Positions 50,242 through 61,222 of a DNA stretch of 64,000 nucleotides are shown here, piece by piece; position 1 is the first letter of the stretch, and each line of letters opens with the position of its first letter. Both the position numbers and the translations under genes were made by a program. Source of the stretch: an uncultured Planctomycetales bacterium (GTDB taxonomy: Bacteria > Omnitrophota > Gorgyraeia > Zapsychrales > JBDRMG01); the NCBI GenBank assembly GCA_964478715.1, contig CAYZIY010000009.1, positions 4,113 through 68,112 on the forward strand. The letters are read 5' to 3'. A model generated the notes under the pieces. The model had not been told where the DNA came from. It saw nothing but the letters and a program-made list of their open reading frames with translations, and ran no database searches.

Positions 50242-50334
50242 TAGGAAGCAGGGTCTCCGTCGATTTAATCATCTGGTATCTGTCCAAAATATGTATCAGA
50301 GTGCGCAAGTCAAAAGCTAAAGACATAGCGAATT

Positions 50335-50823
50335 ATGGTATCCGAGTTTAGTAAAGCAACACTTGATGATTATGTGAAGATGCTCTCCCAGCAGGAGCCT
50401 GTACCCGGAGGAGGATCTGCTGCCTGTTTGTTGGCTGCTATGGGGGCGGCTCTGATCAGCATGGTGGCTCGGTACTCTTCCTCTAGACAGAAAACAAAAA
50501 AAGAAAAGAAGATGCTGAATAAAATTCTTGCAACTAGCGAAAAGCATAGAAAAAGATTGCTTAAACTGGTCACCGCAGATGCCAAAGCTTACGAACAGTT
50601 TGCGAAACTAAAGAACACTTCCGGAAATAAAAGACGAAAAGCACAAATAAAGGCGATCAAAGTTCCTCTTGAAGCCTGTCGTTTATGTTATGAACTGGTC
50701 GATTTAACTCCTTATTTAGTACAGAGGGGGAGTCTCTATCTGATTAGTGATGTTCAGGTAGCCTGCGAATTCTTATTGGCCGCCTATAATGCCAGTTTGA
50801 CAAATGTGAGAGTCAATCAATGA
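50335..50823 (+). CDS. formiminotransferase-cyclodeaminase C-terminal-domain family protein (putative methenyl-THF cyclohydrolase / cyclodeaminase)
   Basis: PGGGSAACLLAAMGAALISMV motif and a helical bundle typical of FTCD_C. Confidence 0.75.
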   Translation: MVSEFSKATLDDYVKMLSQQEPVPGGGSAACLLAAMGAALISMVARYSSSRQKTKKEKKMLNKILATSEKHRKRLLKLVTADAKAYEQFAKLKNTSGNKRRKAQIKAIKVPLEACRLCYELVDLTPYLVQRGSLYLISDVQVACEFLLAAYNASLTNVRVNQ

Positions 50824-51680
50824 GTGCTATTATCATTGATGGAAATCAGATCGCAGAGGAGCTGAAATCTTGTCTTAAAAAAAAGATTGATTCTTACGAA
50901 CCTCTCGGTGGAAAGCCCCGATTGGTTAGTATTATTATTGGCAAGGATCAAAGCGCTGTCTCTTATCTCGCCTCGCAAACACGGATGGCCCAGGAAATCG
51001 GAATTGATTATCAGCAGGTCATTTGGTCACAGAACATTTCTTCTAAAGATTGCCTTCAAAAGATTGAGGCTTTCAATCAAGATAAATCCGTCAGCGGGGT
51101 TATCATTCAAAAACCTTTTCCTCAGGGAATTAATTTTGAAGAATTGATTGTTCGCCTGGATCCCCAAAAGGATGTAGAGGGGATTCATCCGCTGAATATG
51201 GGACGGTTAATGAGGGATCAGGATGGCCTCATTCCTTGCACGGCCAAGGCCGTTGAGACGATTGTCCAGCATCAAAACATTGACATGAGAGGCAAAGAAA
51301 TCGTAGTCGTCGGCCACAGTATCAATGTGGGTAAGCCTCTAGCGCATCTTTTTCTGAAATTATTTGCCACAGTCACCGTGTGCCATATTGCCACCAGCGA
51401 GGCGGGCCGATTAAAAAATCATGTAGGTGAGGCCGATATTCTTATTGTGGCTGTGGGTCAGCCGGGTTTAATTCCTGGCTCATGGATTAAAAAAGGAGCT
51501 ATTGTGATCGATGTGGGGATCAATAAAGTGAAAGAGAAAATAGTGGGAGACGTGGAATTTGACGATGCTATTAAGACGGCTGGCGCAATTACACCTGTTC
51601 CCGGCGGTGTCGGGCCGGTGACTACGGCAATCTTAATGCAAAACTGCATTCACGCTTTTGAAAAACAGAAGGGATATTAA
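50820..51680 (+). CDS. folD: bifunctional 5,10-methylene-THF dehydrogenase / 5,10-methenyl-THF cyclohydrolase
   Basis: IIDG...A....LK..I......G..P.L..I.VG.D.AS..Y; GVIIQKPFP; VVVGHS..VGKPLA...; TPVPGGVGP.T. Confidence 0.9.
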   Translation: MSAIIIDGNQIAEELKSCLKKKIDSYEPLGGKPRLVSIIIGKDQSAVSYLASQTRMAQEIGIDYQQVIWSQNISSKDCLQKIEAFNQDKSVSGVIIQKPFPQGINFEELIVRLDPQKDVEGIHPLNMGRLMRDQDGLIPCTAKAVETIVQHQNIDMRGKEIVVVGHSINVGKPLAHLFLKLFATVTVCHIATSEAGRLKNHVGEADILIVAVGQPGLIPGSWIKKGAIVIDVGINKVKEKIVGDVEFDDAIKTAGAITPVPGGVGPVTTAILMQNCIHAFEKQKGY

Positions 51681-51684
51681 ACGA

Positions 51685-52968
51685 ATGAAACGAATTTTGT
51701 TTTTGGGAAATACCCTAACCGCAGCAACCGCTGCTAATTTAATCCGTCAGCAGGATTCAGAGAGCTCCATTGCCATTTTGCCGACCGATGGAGATTTGCC
51801 TTTTCGACGTTCAAGATTGTTGGATTATATGGCTAAGCAATGCGAGGAAAAAGACCTCTTCGTTTACGAGAAATCCTTTTATGAGCAGAATCGTATCCAG
51901 CTTCTTGAGGGTAAAAAATGCGCCAAGATCAGCTTTAAAAGAAAATATGTTACGACCGAAGAAAAAGAACAGATCGAATTCGATACTCTTATCGTAACCG
52001 ATGTTCCCCAGATCCATCTTCCCGAGATCAAAGGTAATAATAAGACAGGCGTATATAGTTTTTATCGTCTGCAGGATATGAAGAAAATTAACCAGGAATT
52101 TTCTATTATCGAAACGCTTGCCATTGAAGGCAATGATTTTAACAGCATAAAATTGGCTTTAATTTGTAGAAAGAGAAAAAAAGAGACGATTTTAATCACC
52201 CGCCATCGCCACTTGCTGGCTGGTCAAATTGATCGCTCCTGTGCCGAAATGATTCAAAAAAAACTTGAAGAAGTTGGGATACGCATTATCAGCAATAATC
52301 CCATCCAGGAGATATTGGGAGATTCGGATGCAAAGGCGATCCGTCTGGAATCGGGCAAAGTTATTGCACTTCAGGCTCTGATTTTGGCTTCGATAAAACC
52401 GGATCTTCGGATATTCCAGGGATCTGAAATGACCATGACTGATTATCTTGTGGTGGACAAATACTTCCGAACCAGCCTGGATGAATTCTTTGCAACCGAT
52501 TTAACGGCTTGTCTTCAATCCGATCAAAGACCGCTCTTATCAAGCGTTACTGAAGATGGTGAAGGCTTTGGTGCAATTATAGCCGCCAACATGGCACAAA
52601 CTCCGTCTGCCTATAAACGCCCTTTAAATGAACAGTCCTTGTCTGTTGCGGATCTTAATTTGACTCTTTATGGGGACACGCAAGGAGCCGCGGGAATGAA
52701 GATTTACTCTGAAATCGAGTTCGATCTTAAGCAATACAAATATGTTTTTATTCGGGATAATAAAGTTTGTGGCGTTGTTTTAGCCAACTATCCTGATCAA
52801 AAAGATTATTATGCTCGTCTGGTTACCCAAGGAAGTGATGTCTCTTCTTTAAAAAGCAAAATCCTAGAGTGTGACTATCCGGAACAAGAATCGACAGACC
52901 AGTCCAAGGAAGAGTCTTTTATCCAGGCGCTGCCCAGCGATGCCGGGCAGCTGCCCGAGATGTCCTAA
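51685..52968 (+). CDS. pyridine nucleotide-disulfide oxidoreductase-like protein with degenerate dinucleotide-binding motifs, function unknown
   Basis: Architecture resembles NADH oxidase / CoA-disulfide reductase / NirB-type flavoproteins (RILFLGNTLTAATAANL...PFRRSRLLDYMAK...FDTLIVTDVPQ...VDKYFRTS...FATDLTAC), but the GxGxxG/A motifs are not intact. ATG at 51685 with ribosome-binding site AGAAGGGA. Confidence 0.5.
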   Translation: MKRILFLGNTLTAATAANLIRQQDSESSIAILPTDGDLPFRRSRLLDYMAKQCEEKDLFVYEKSFYEQNRIQLLEGKKCAKISFKRKYVTTEEKEQIEFDTLIVTDVPQIHLPEIKGNNKTGVYSFYRLQDMKKINQEFSIIETLAIEGNDFNSIKLALICRKRKKETILITRHRHLLAGQIDRSCAEMIQKKLEEVGIRIISNNPIQEILGDSDAKAIRLESGKVIALQALILASIKPDLRIFQGSEMTMTDYLVVDKYFRTSLDEFFATDLTACLQSDQRPLLSSVTEDGEGFGAIIAANMAQTPSAYKRPLNEQSLSVADLNLTLYGDTQGAAGMKIYSEIEFDLKQYKYVFIRDNKVCGVVLANYPDQKDYYARLVTQGSDVSSLKSKILECDYPEQESTDQSKEESFIQALPSDAGQLPEMS

Positions 52969-53256
52969 TCTAATTAAGATTAGCTGGATATGAAAAAAAG
53001 CTTGCTAAAGACAAAAAAATGTATTAGTATTAATTAACTTAATTCAAGTATTTGTAGACATACCAACACTTCCTTTTGCTTCACGCATTCTTCAAAAATA
53101 TCCGATGGAGAAAAGAATAATAACTTTAAGTCAGTAGCCTGATGCGCTGCAAAAATGCTGTTTCTGCAAAAATATAAACCAATAACACTCACCTGGATCT
53201 CAAGCGAATAAGTAAATTCTCAAAAAGAATTCCATGAATAATTCTATTCTCTAAAT

Positions 53257-55827
53257 ATGCCTACTCCCAGAATTTTCTTGATCGATGCCAATGCTCTATG
53301 CTACCGCTCCTTTTTTGCCATCAAGGGCTTGACAACCTCTTATGGGCAGGCAACGAATGCCATTTATGGCTTTGTGAATACATTACGCAAAATTCTTAAG
53401 GATGAAAATCCCCAGTATATGGCAGTCTGTTTTGATGTGGGTAAAAAGACGCGTCGTCAGCAAAAGTTTGCCGAATACAAAATCCATCGTCCGAGTATGC
53501 CGGACGATTTGGTCAGCCAACTTCCCTTAATCAAGAAATGTATTTTGGCTTTCAATATTCCTATTTATGAAAAAGAAGGATTTGAGGCTGACGATGTTAT
53601 TGCCACCATTGCTGAGAAAGTTAAGGATCAGGATATGGAAGCGGTGATCGTCAGCGGAGATAAAGATATGCTGCAGTTAGTTAATGCGCGCGTGAAACTT
53701 TTCAATATGAAAAAGGGCGAATTGATCAACGAAGAGGAAGCTAGGAAAATTTTTGGATTTCCTGTTCGTTATATCACTGATTATATTGCTCTGGCTGGAG
53801 ACAAAACCGATAATATTCCTGGTGTGACAGGGATTGGAAAAGTAACGGCTCGTCAATTAATCAATGAGTTCGGGGCATTGGAAGAGATTTATCGGAATCT
53901 TGATCACATTAAATCTGCCAGTGTTTCGCAAAAGCTCAGAGAACAAAAAGAGCGGGCTTTTTTCTGTAAAGATCTTGCCATACTTGATCGCGAGGTTCCG
54001 CTCAATTTGCAATTTGAATCTCTAAAGGTGGGGAAGGCCGATTCTGATTATTTGCATGAATTTTTTCGCAAGCTAGAATTCCGGAAACTTGCCGAGGAAT
54101 ATTCAAAGAATACGGCTCAATCAAAGAATATTGCGGTCACGGGGATAAAAAATAGGAAAGAGGCTGAAGACGTTTTTCTTAGTGCCAAAAAGAAAGGCCA
54201 GATTACCGTTTATTTCGAAGATTCATCCGAAGGAGAACCGCAGCTTTTTTCCCGAATGATCCTTAGCGTGAATGAACGTGCGCTTTATCAATTTAACGGT
54301 GTAGACATTGATTTAGCAGGGCCGATTATGGAGAGTTCCCACATCGATAAATGTTTTTATGATATTAAAAAAGCATACAGAATCTTTTCTGTTCGAGGGA
54401 TTTTCTTAAACGGAAAAGTTTTTGATGTCCTTCTGGCCGGCTATCTATTGTCGCCCGCAGCCGGCTCGTATGATTTAAATACACTTTGCTGGGAGTATCT
54501 GAAGAAAGCCGTTGGCAAAAATCTCTCCGGCGAACACAGAGCGCTCTTGATTTCTTCGCTTAAGCCAGTTTTGACAAACGAGCTTAAAGACAGACAATTG
54601 TGGGATCTTTTTGAGAATATCGAAATGCCTCTGGCCAGAGTTCTTTCGGATATGGAAACAGAAGGGGTGACATTGGATGTGCCGATGTTAAAAGATCTTT
54701 CCAAAGAATGCGCTGCTAAGATCGATGATCTTGCCAAAAAGCTCTATAAACTGGCCGGGGGGGAATTCAATATTAACAGCCCTAAGCAGTTGGCTCATGT
54801 GCTCTTTGAGAAATTGAAACTGCCAGTCATCAGAAAAACAAAAACGGGATTCTCGACCGATGAGAGTGTTTTGTTGAAGTTAGCGCTCAAACACGAATTG
54901 CCGGAAATGATTCTTGAGTATCGTCAGTTAACAAAGTTGAAGTCTACCTATATTGATGCTCTGCCCAAATTAGTCAATGAAAAGACAAAGCGAATTCATG
55001 CGACTTTCAATCAAACCGGGACAGAAACGGGACGGTTAAGCTCCAACAATCCCAATCTGCAGAATATTCCCATCCGAACAGAATTAGGACGTAAAATTCG
55101 CAAAGCTTTTATTCCTTCTAAGAAATCAAACGTAATTATTTCAGCAGATTATTCTCAAATTGAATTGAGGATTCTGGCGCATTTGAGTGGCGATGAGAAT
55201 CTGAATAAGGCCTTTAAGAAGGAGCAGGACATCCATCGATATACGGCTTCTTTGATTTTTGGAGTGCCCGAAGAGAAAGTCACTTTCGACATGCGATATG
55301 CCGCCAAGCGGGTTAATTTCGGAATTATTTATGGAATGAGTTCTTTTGGACTCGCCAAGGATCTGAAAATCAAACAGAGTCAGGCTGAAGAATTCATTTC
55401 CAGATATTTCGCACGATATCCGAAAGTCAAACAGTTTATGGATAGTCAGATCAAAATGGCCCAGGAAAGAGGATATGTTCTGACACTGTTGAATCGCCGG
55501 CGTTATCTTCCGGAAATCAAAAGCGAGAATATGGCGGTTGCCCAATTTGCGCAAAGACAGGCAATTAACGCGCCGGTTCAGGGAACGGCTGCAGATCTAA
55601 TTAAAATTGCGATGATCAATCTGAGCCGGACCATGGCAAGAGAATCTTTGCAATCACAAATGATTATTACGGTTCATGATGAGCTTGTTTTTGACATCAG
55701 CAAAAAGGAAGAGAAAAGGATGGCAGATTTAATCCGCCAAGAGATGGAAAGTCCTTTAAATCTTTCTGTTCCGATTAAAACCAGCGTTAAATCCGGAAAA
55801 AACTGGATGGAGCTTAAAGAAATATGA
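53257..55827 (+). CDS. polA: DNA polymerase I
   Basis: N-terminal 5'-3' exonuclease; polymerase motifs A (ISADYSQIELRILAHLS), B (RR.AK..NFGIIYG) and C (VHDELV). Confidence 0.9.
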   Translation: MPTPRIFLIDANALCYRSFFAIKGLTTSYGQATNAIYGFVNTLRKILKDENPQYMAVCFDVGKKTRRQQKFAEYKIHRPSMPDDLVSQLPLIKKCILAFNIPIYEKEGFEADDVIATIAEKVKDQDMEAVIVSGDKDMLQLVNARVKLFNMKKGELINEEEARKIFGFPVRYITDYIALAGDKTDNIPGVTGIGKVTARQLINEFGALEEIYRNLDHIKSASVSQKLREQKERAFFCKDLAILDREVPLNLQFESLKVGKADSDYLHEFFRKLEFRKLAEEYSKNTAQSKNIAVTGIKNRKEAEDVFLSAKKKGQITVYFEDSSEGEPQLFSRMILSVNERALYQFNGVDIDLAGPIMESSHIDKCFYDIKKAYRIFSVRGIFLNGKVFDVLLAGYLLSPAAGSYDLNTLCWEYLKKAVGKNLSGEHRALLISSLKPVLTNELKDRQLWDLFENIEMPLARVLSDMETEGVTLDVPMLKDLSKECAAKIDDLAKKLYKLAGGEFNINSPKQLAHVLFEKLKLPVIRKTKTGFSTDESVLLKLALKHELPEMILEYRQLTKLKSTYIDALPKLVNEKTKRIHATFNQTGTETGRLSSNNPNLQNIPIRTELGRKIRKAFIPSKKSNVIISADYSQIELRILAHLSGDENLNKAFKKEQDIHRYTASLIFGVPEEKVTFDMRYAAKRVNFGIIYGMSSFGLAKDLKIKQSQAEEFISRYFARYPKVKQFMDSQIKMAQERGYVLTLLNRRRYLPEIKSENMAVAQFAQRQAINAPVQGTAADLIKIAMINLSRTMARESLQSQMIITVHDELVFDISKKEEKRMADLIRQEMESPLNLSVPIKTSVKSGKNWMELKEI

Positions 55828-57227
55828 AAGTAGCCTTTTTTGCCGCCGAAGTTTTTCCTTATGCCAAGACCGGAGGATTGGCTGATGTATGCGGCGCTCT
55901 CCCTTTAGTCTTAGAAGAGGTGGTTGATGAAATCAAGGTCTTTATGCCTCATTATGGATTTATTGATCTCAAAGATAAGCCTCAAAGGAAAATTATTTCT
56001 GATGCAACAGAAGTTTCTATGGGTGAGAAAGTTTCCTTGGTGTTAGTCAAGAATGACGCTCTATATCGGCGAGAGGGTGTTTACGGTGATGAAAACGGGG
56101 AGTTTAAAGATAATTTTGAACGGTTTGTTTATTTTTGCCGACGATCGTTTTTGATTTTAAAACAGATAGGGTTTCAGCCCAATATTATACATTGTCATGA
56201 TTGGCACACAGCCCTTATGCCGATGTATCAAAAGGAAATTCACAAAAAGGATCCTTTTTTTAAAAACACTAAATGTGTTTATACTATTCACAATTTGGCT
56301 TTTCAAGGGGTCTTTGATAAAGACCGGATTGTCGAGTTACAATGTTCTCCTGATCAGGATATTAATAAACTGATCTTTAATGATCGGCTTAATTTTATGA
56401 AGACAGCGATTGTCTACAGTGACCGTGTTACCACTGTTAGCCCTCAATATGCCAAAGAGATTCAAACCAGAGAATTTGGTTTCGGTTTGGAAAATGTTCT
56501 TAGTGCTCATCCGGAGGGAATTGTCGGGATTCTTAACGGAATAGATGATAAGGTGTGGAATCCTAAAAAGGACTTCTTGATCGAATCTGTTTTTGATCAG
56601 AACAGTTTGGAAGAAAAAAAGAACAATAAAGTTAAACTTCAAGCGGATTGCGGTTTCAAGCAGGATTCGAATTGTCCTCTGTTTGGTTTTGTGGGGCGTC
56701 TGACATCTCAAAAGGGACTTGACATAATCAAGCAGGCTTTTGAAGAACTTCTCCAGAGAGATCTTCAGATGGTTTTTCTGGGAAAAGGCGAAGAAGTCTA
56801 TGAGCGTTTTCTGAGTAAACAAGCGAAAGAATATCCTCAAAAGACGGCCGTCTTTATAGAATACAATGAGAAAAAGAGCCATCGTATTTATGCTGGGTGT
56901 GACTTCTTTCTGATGCCTTCGCATTTTGAGCCATGTGGCTTGGGGCAGATGATCAGTATGCGCTATGCGACCGTTCCCATTGTGACAGCGGTCGGAGGAT
57001 TGGTTGACACTGTGAAACCCCTTGAATCGGCTGCTTTGGATGGTCACGGGTTTGTCCTTGAAGCCAGTACTCCCAGAGCTTTCATGGGGGCTGTTGATCG
57101 CGCTCTTGAGATCTTTAAAGATTCCGATGTCATGCAGCGGATTCAAAGGAGATTATTAAAGAATGATTGTTCTTGGAGACAGTCATGCCGGCAGTACGAG
57201 AAGGTTTACCAGGAATGTTACTTATAG
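55824..57227 (+). CDS. glgA: glycogen (starch) synthase
   Basis: MKVAFFAAEVFPYAKTGGLADV N-terminal motif and GT5/GT-B C-terminal EPCGL.Q. Confidence 0.85.
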   Translation: MKVAFFAAEVFPYAKTGGLADVCGALPLVLEEVVDEIKVFMPHYGFIDLKDKPQRKIISDATEVSMGEKVSLVLVKNDALYRREGVYGDENGEFKDNFERFVYFCRRSFLILKQIGFQPNIIHCHDWHTALMPMYQKEIHKKDPFFKNTKCVYTIHNLAFQGVFDKDRIVELQCSPDQDINKLIFNDRLNFMKTAIVYSDRVTTVSPQYAKEIQTREFGFGLENVLSAHPEGIVGILNGIDDKVWNPKKDFLIESVFDQNSLEEKKNNKVKLQADCGFKQDSNCPLFGFVGRLTSQKGLDIIKQAFEELLQRDLQMVFLGKGEEVYERFLSKQAKEYPQKTAVFIEYNEKKSHRIYAGCDFFLMPSHFEPCGLGQMISMRYATVPIVTAVGGLVDTVKPLESAALDGHGFVLEASTPRAFMGAVDRALEIFKDSDVMQRIQRRLLKNDCSWRQSCRQYEKVYQECYL

Positions 57228-57838
57228 GAATCACCGGTCAGTTCGGTTCGGGCAAGTCGACTGTTGCCGATATGTTTGCCCGGCGAGGCGCGAAAGTTCT
57301 TGATGCGGACAAGATCGCTAGCAGGCTTATGAGTAAGAACGGATCTTGCTATCGAGACATTGTAAATAAATTTCGGCCACCGCTTTTTTGCAATGGTGAA
57401 ATAGACCGTTCTGCTTTCGGTCGCATCGTTTTTAAGGATGAAAAAAAATTGCAGTCATTATGTCGCGTGATTCATCCTGTTGTGATCGAGACGATTCAAA
57501 AGAAGATTTCCGCCGAAAGGATTCAATCCTCTCGGAGCAAATCTTCGCTCAAAGCGGTTATCGTGGATGCTCCGCTGTTGTTTGAGACGAAAATGGATCG
57601 CTGGTTGGATTATGTGATTGTCGTTAAAGCCAATCGTCAACTTCAAATGGAACGCTTAAGGAGGCGAATGCCCATCAGTAAAAGTGAAATTTCTAGACGT
57701 ATTAAAAATCAAATGGGCATTCGCGAGAAAATCCGGATGGCGGATATTGTTATAGATAATCGAGGCAAGAAAAATCAAACAGAGAAACAAGTGGAGGAAA
57801 TATGGCAGACACTGCTGAAAAGACGGATAAAAAAGTAA
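57215..57838 (+). CDS. coaE: dephospho-CoA kinase
   Basis: [15 protein letters not shown]...LDADKIA. Confidence 0.85.
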   Translation: MLLIGITGQFGSGKSTVADMFARRGAKVLDADKIASRLMSKNGSCYRDIVNKFRPPLFCNGEIDRSAFGRIVFKDEKKLQSLCRVIHPVVIETIQKKISAERIQSSRSKSSLKAVIVDAPLLFETKMDRWLDYVIVVKANRQLQMERLRRRMPISKSEISRRIKNQMGIREKIRMADIVIDNRGKKNQTEKQVEEIWQTLLKRRIKK

Positions 57839-59136
57839 ACAGTAAAGACAAAAAGTCATTAAGATCCGGAAGGGCTAATAATCAGCTGAATATTGACGAA
57901 TTAAAAGAGATGAAAATGTCGGAGCTCAATAAAATTGCCCGGGATATGAGGGTTAACGGTATTTCTGGGATCAAAAAACAGGATCTTATTTTTAAGATTC
58001 TGCAAGGACAGGCCGAGAAGGAAGGATTGATGTTCGGAGCTGGAACTCTGGAGATACTTCCCGAGGGATTTGGGTTTCTGCGGAGCTCCAACTATAATTA
58101 CCTTCCCTGTCCGGATGATATTTATATTTCTCCTTCACAGATCCGCAAATTTAATTTAAAAACGGGTGATAGTGTCAGCGGTCATATTCGTCCGCCAAAA
58201 GAAGGCGAGAAGTATTTTGCCCTGCTGAGGGTTGAGGCGGTTAACGAAGAGAATCCTGAAAAATGCCGCGATAAGATTCTTTTTGATAACCTGACTCCGC
58301 TGTATCCCAGCCAGCGACTGAAGTTGGAAACAACCCGCGATGAACTCTCGATGCGTATTATGGATTTTATCACTCCGCTGGGAAAAGGGCAAAGAGCCTT
58401 GATTGTGGCTCCGCCTTACAGCGGTAAAACGGTGTTGTTGCAGAAGATCGCCAATGCGATTACGCAAAATAATCCGGATAGTATTTTAATCGTTCTTTTG
58501 ATTGATGAACGTCCCGAGGAAGTCACCGATATGCAAAGAGGCGTTCAGGGCGAGGTTGTTTCCTCGACTTTCGATGAACCAGCCGAGAGGCATGTCCAGA
58601 TTGCCGAGATTATTCTCGAGAAGGCTAAGCGTTTGGTTGAGCATAGAAGGGATGTCGTTATTTTGTTAGATAGCATCACCCGATTGGCGAGGGCTTATAA
58701 TACGGTTGAGCCGCATTCTGGTAAAATTTTATCCGGAGGTGTCGATTCTAATGCGCTTCATAAACCGAAAAGGTTTTTTGGGGCAGCGCGCGCTATTGAA
58801 GAAGGCGGAAGCTTAACTATTATTGCTACCGCTTTGGTGGACACCGGCAGCCGCATGGATGAGGTAATTTTCGAAGAGTTCAAAGGCACCGGCAATATGG
58901 AACTGCAGCTAGATCGTTCGTTGTTTCAGCGTCGAATTTATCCGGCCATTGATATTCGCCGTTCCAATACGCGTCATGAAGAATTGCTTGTCAAAGAGGA
59001 TGAATTGCATAAAATATGGCTTTTAAGGAAAGTTTTGAATGATCTGAATTCTGCTGAAGCCATGGAGTTGTTAAAGGAAAAATTGGCCAAATCAAAAACC
59101 AATCAAGAATTTTTGGATAATATGAATAAATCTTAA
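57802..59136 (+). CDS. rho: transcription termination factor Rho
   Basis: N-terminal Rho_N, cold-shock-like RNA-binding domain, and ATPase with Walker [12 protein letters not shown] and the Q/R loops. Confidence 0.9.
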   Translation: MADTAEKTDKKVNSKDKKSLRSGRANNQLNIDELKEMKMSELNKIARDMRVNGISGIKKQDLIFKILQGQAEKEGLMFGAGTLEILPEGFGFLRSSNYNYLPCPDDIYISPSQIRKFNLKTGDSVSGHIRPPKEGEKYFALLRVEAVNEENPEKCRDKILFDNLTPLYPSQRLKLETTRDELSMRIMDFITPLGKGQRALIVAPPYSGKTVLLQKIANAITQNNPDSILIVLLIDERPEEVTDMQRGVQGEVVSSTFDEPAERHVQIAEIILEKAKRLVEHRRDVVILLDSITRLARAYNTVEPHSGKILSGGVDSNALHKPKRFFGAARAIEEGGSLTIIATALVDTGSRMDEVIFEEFKGTGNMELQLDRSLFQRRIYPAIDIRRSNTRHEELLVKEDELHKIWLLRKVLNDLNSAEAMELLKEKLAKSKTNQEFLDNMNKS

Positions 59137-59156
59137 AAAAAGTACGGAGGACTGAA

Positions 59157-59363
59157 ATGAAAAAAGATATCCAACCAAAGTATGAGCAAACCACGATTAC
59201 CTGTGCTTGTGGTCAGGTGATCCACACTCGGTCGACAAAAAAGAATATCCGCGTTGAGATCTGTTCCAGCTGTCATCCCTACTATACGGGAAGCAAGAAA
59301 TATGTGGATACGGCCGGACGCATTGAGCGTTTTGAAAAGCGTTACGGAAAAAAGAAATCCTAA
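59157..59363 (+). CDS. rpmE: 50S ribosomal protein L31
   Basis: MKKDIQPKY......C.CG.......T......[12 protein letters not shown]. Confidence 0.9.
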   Translation: MKKDIQPKYEQTTITCACGQVIHTRSTKKNIRVEICSSCHPYYTGSKKYVDTAGRIERFEKRYGKKKS

Positions 59364-60422
59364 ATGCTCGAAAAGTTGAAAGCTAAAGAACAGCGTTATC
59401 TGGAGCTGGAAAAATTGCTGGCGCAACCGGAAGTTCTGGGCGATCAAAAACAGTACAAGAAACTGGCTAGAGAATTTTCAGAACTGATGCCGCTGGTTCA
59501 ATCTCTGAGGGAGTACCATAAGGCTTTGACCGGCATTGATCAGACCCAGAAATTGTTAAGAGAGAAAAACGATGAAGAGTTTGAGAAATTGGCCCAAAGC
59601 GAGCTTGAGGAATTGAATCGGAAAAAAGAAGAACTTTACACTCAGCTTCAGGATTATCTTAATCCCACCGAGAAAGAAAAAGAGCGCGATCTGATTATTG
59701 AAATCCGGGCTGGGACCGGCGGTCAGGAAGCAACTCTTTTTGCAGGCGATCTTTACCGCATGTACAATAAATATGCCGCTGCCAAAAAGTGGACAATGGA
59801 ATCCATTGATTGCCATGAATCAGAAACTGGCGGTTTTAAAGAAGTCGTCTTTTCTGTGAGTGGTAAAGAAGCTTCGAGGCGATTGAAATGGGAAAGTGGT
59901 GTACATCGTGTCCAAAGGGTTCCGTCAACTGAAGCCTCGGGCCGCATTCATACATCGGCAGCGACAGTAGCTGTTCTTTTTGAACCCGAAGAGGTGGAAC
60001 TTTCCGTTGATCCAAAGGATTTAAAAATCGATGTGTTTCGGTCTTCCGGGCCGGGAGGTCAAAGTGTCAATACAACGGATTCAGCCATTCGAATTACCCA
60101 TTTGCCCAGTGGTCTGGTAGTCATCTGTCAGGATGAGCGTTCACAGTTAAAGAACAAAGCCAAGGCCATGCGTGTTTTAAGAGCCAGGCTTTTGGATAAA
60201 ATGAAACAGGAAAACTTTCAAAAAACAAGTCAGGAGAGAAAAGCGATGGTAGGAAGCGGAGATCGAAGTGAGAAAATTCGCACATACAATTTTCCGGATC
60301 GTCGCGTGACCGATCATCGCATTGGATTCAGCAGTCATCAGCTTATGAAAATCCTCGACGGAGATTTAGATGAATTGACCGATGCTCTTTTAAAAGCCGA
60401 AAGGGCGGCGGTTCGTTCATGA
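59364..60422 (+). CDS. prfA: peptide chain release factor 1
   Basis: GGQ motif ([20 protein letters not shown]), PST (PxT) tripeptide, and no frameshift. Confidence 0.85.
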   Translation: MLEKLKAKEQRYLELEKLLAQPEVLGDQKQYKKLAREFSELMPLVQSLREYHKALTGIDQTQKLLREKNDEEFEKLAQSELEELNRKKEELYTQLQDYLNPTEKEKERDLIIEIRAGTGGQEATLFAGDLYRMYNKYAAAKKWTMESIDCHESETGGFKEVVFSVSGKEASRRLKWESGVHRVQRVPSTEASGRIHTSAATVAVLFEPEEVELSVDPKDLKIDVFRSSGPGGQSVNTTDSAIRITHLPSGLVVICQDERSQLKNKAKAMRVLRARLLDKMKQENFQKTSQERKAMVGSGDRSEKIRTYNFPDRRVTDHRIGFSSHQLMKILDGDLDELTDALLKAERAAVRS

Positions 60423-61222
60423 CGGAGCAGGAGTTGGTCTATATGAGTGTCAAGGGATGCCGACGCATTGATCTTTATACTCAACCGCTCAAATTCAGTG
60501 ATGAGCAGAAACGGACGATCGAAGAGATCTTCAGGCGAAGGCAAAACGGAGAACCGCTGCAGTATCTCCTTAAAACAACTCAATTTTGCGATTGCTTGAT
60601 AGAGGTCAACCCTGCTGTCTTTGTCCCTCGGTTTGAGACCGAAATTCTTGTTGAGGCGGCGCTTCAATATTTACGTTCAGTTCCTCATTCTCCTTTAATT
60701 TGCGATTTGGGAACCGGCAGCGGCAGTATCTCTATTTCTCTGGCAAAAAATATCAAAGACTGTAAGATTGTCGCTTTGGATTGCTCTGAAAAGGCTCTTG
60801 TTGTTGCTAACAAAAATGCGTTAGCGAATCAGGTGGATGGAAAAATTGATTTTATTTACAGTGACGGCTTTTCTGTTTTTCAAAAGGGTCAGCTGGGAAA
60901 GGTTCGATTTGATGCCATTATTTCTAATCCGCCGTATATTCCCTCGGGAGCCATTTCGTACTTGCCTGTAGATGTGCAAAAGGAACCACGTCTGGCTTTT
61001 GACGGCGGCGAGGACGGCTTGCGCTTTTACAGAATGATCGCTGACGAGACTGTTTCGTATATTAATGAGAAAGGCAAGCTTTTCCTTGAGTTCGGTGATG
61101 GACAGTTAGATAATATAAAGCAGATTTTTGATCAAAACAGATATTTTAATATTGAGAAAATAGTACGCGATTATACCGATACTCCCAGAGTCATGATCGC
61201 TCAGGAGAAATTTTATGGATAA
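60419..61222 (+). CDS. prmC: release factor glutamine N5-methyltransferase (HemK/PrmC)
   Basis: SAM motif DLGTGSG and NPPY (IISNPPYIP). Confidence 0.85.
   Translation: MTEQELVYMSVKGCRRIDLYTQPLKFSDEQKRTIEEIFRRRQNGEPLQYLLKTTQFCDCLIEVNPAVFVPRFETEILVEAALQYLRSVPHSPLICDLGTGSGSISISLAKNIKDCKIVALDCSEKALVVANKNALANQVDGKIDFIYSDGFSVFQKGQLGKVRFDAIISNPPYIPSGAISYLPVDVQKEPRLAFDGGEDGLRFYRMIADETVSYINEKGKLFLEFGDGQLDNIKQIFDQNRYFNIEKIVRDYTDTPRVMIAQEKFYG

Noticed and set aside
50163-50334. ZTP (pfl) riboswitch upstream of the folate one-carbon genes
   Set aside because: folD and purH are classic ZTP-riboswitch targets, but I could not find the conserved GGGUCGUGAC / UGGCG / CCGACCGCCUGGGC pseudoknot elements by eye. 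A THF-like resemblance (GGAGUAAGAUAAAGUG) is too weak to call. Left as a low-score finding needing cmscan.
52992-53039. 15-codon ORF (MKKSLLKTKKCISIN) in the polA upstream spacer
   Set aside because: Too short, no convincing ribosome-binding site, and low-complexity. It cannot be supported as a gene from sequence alone.
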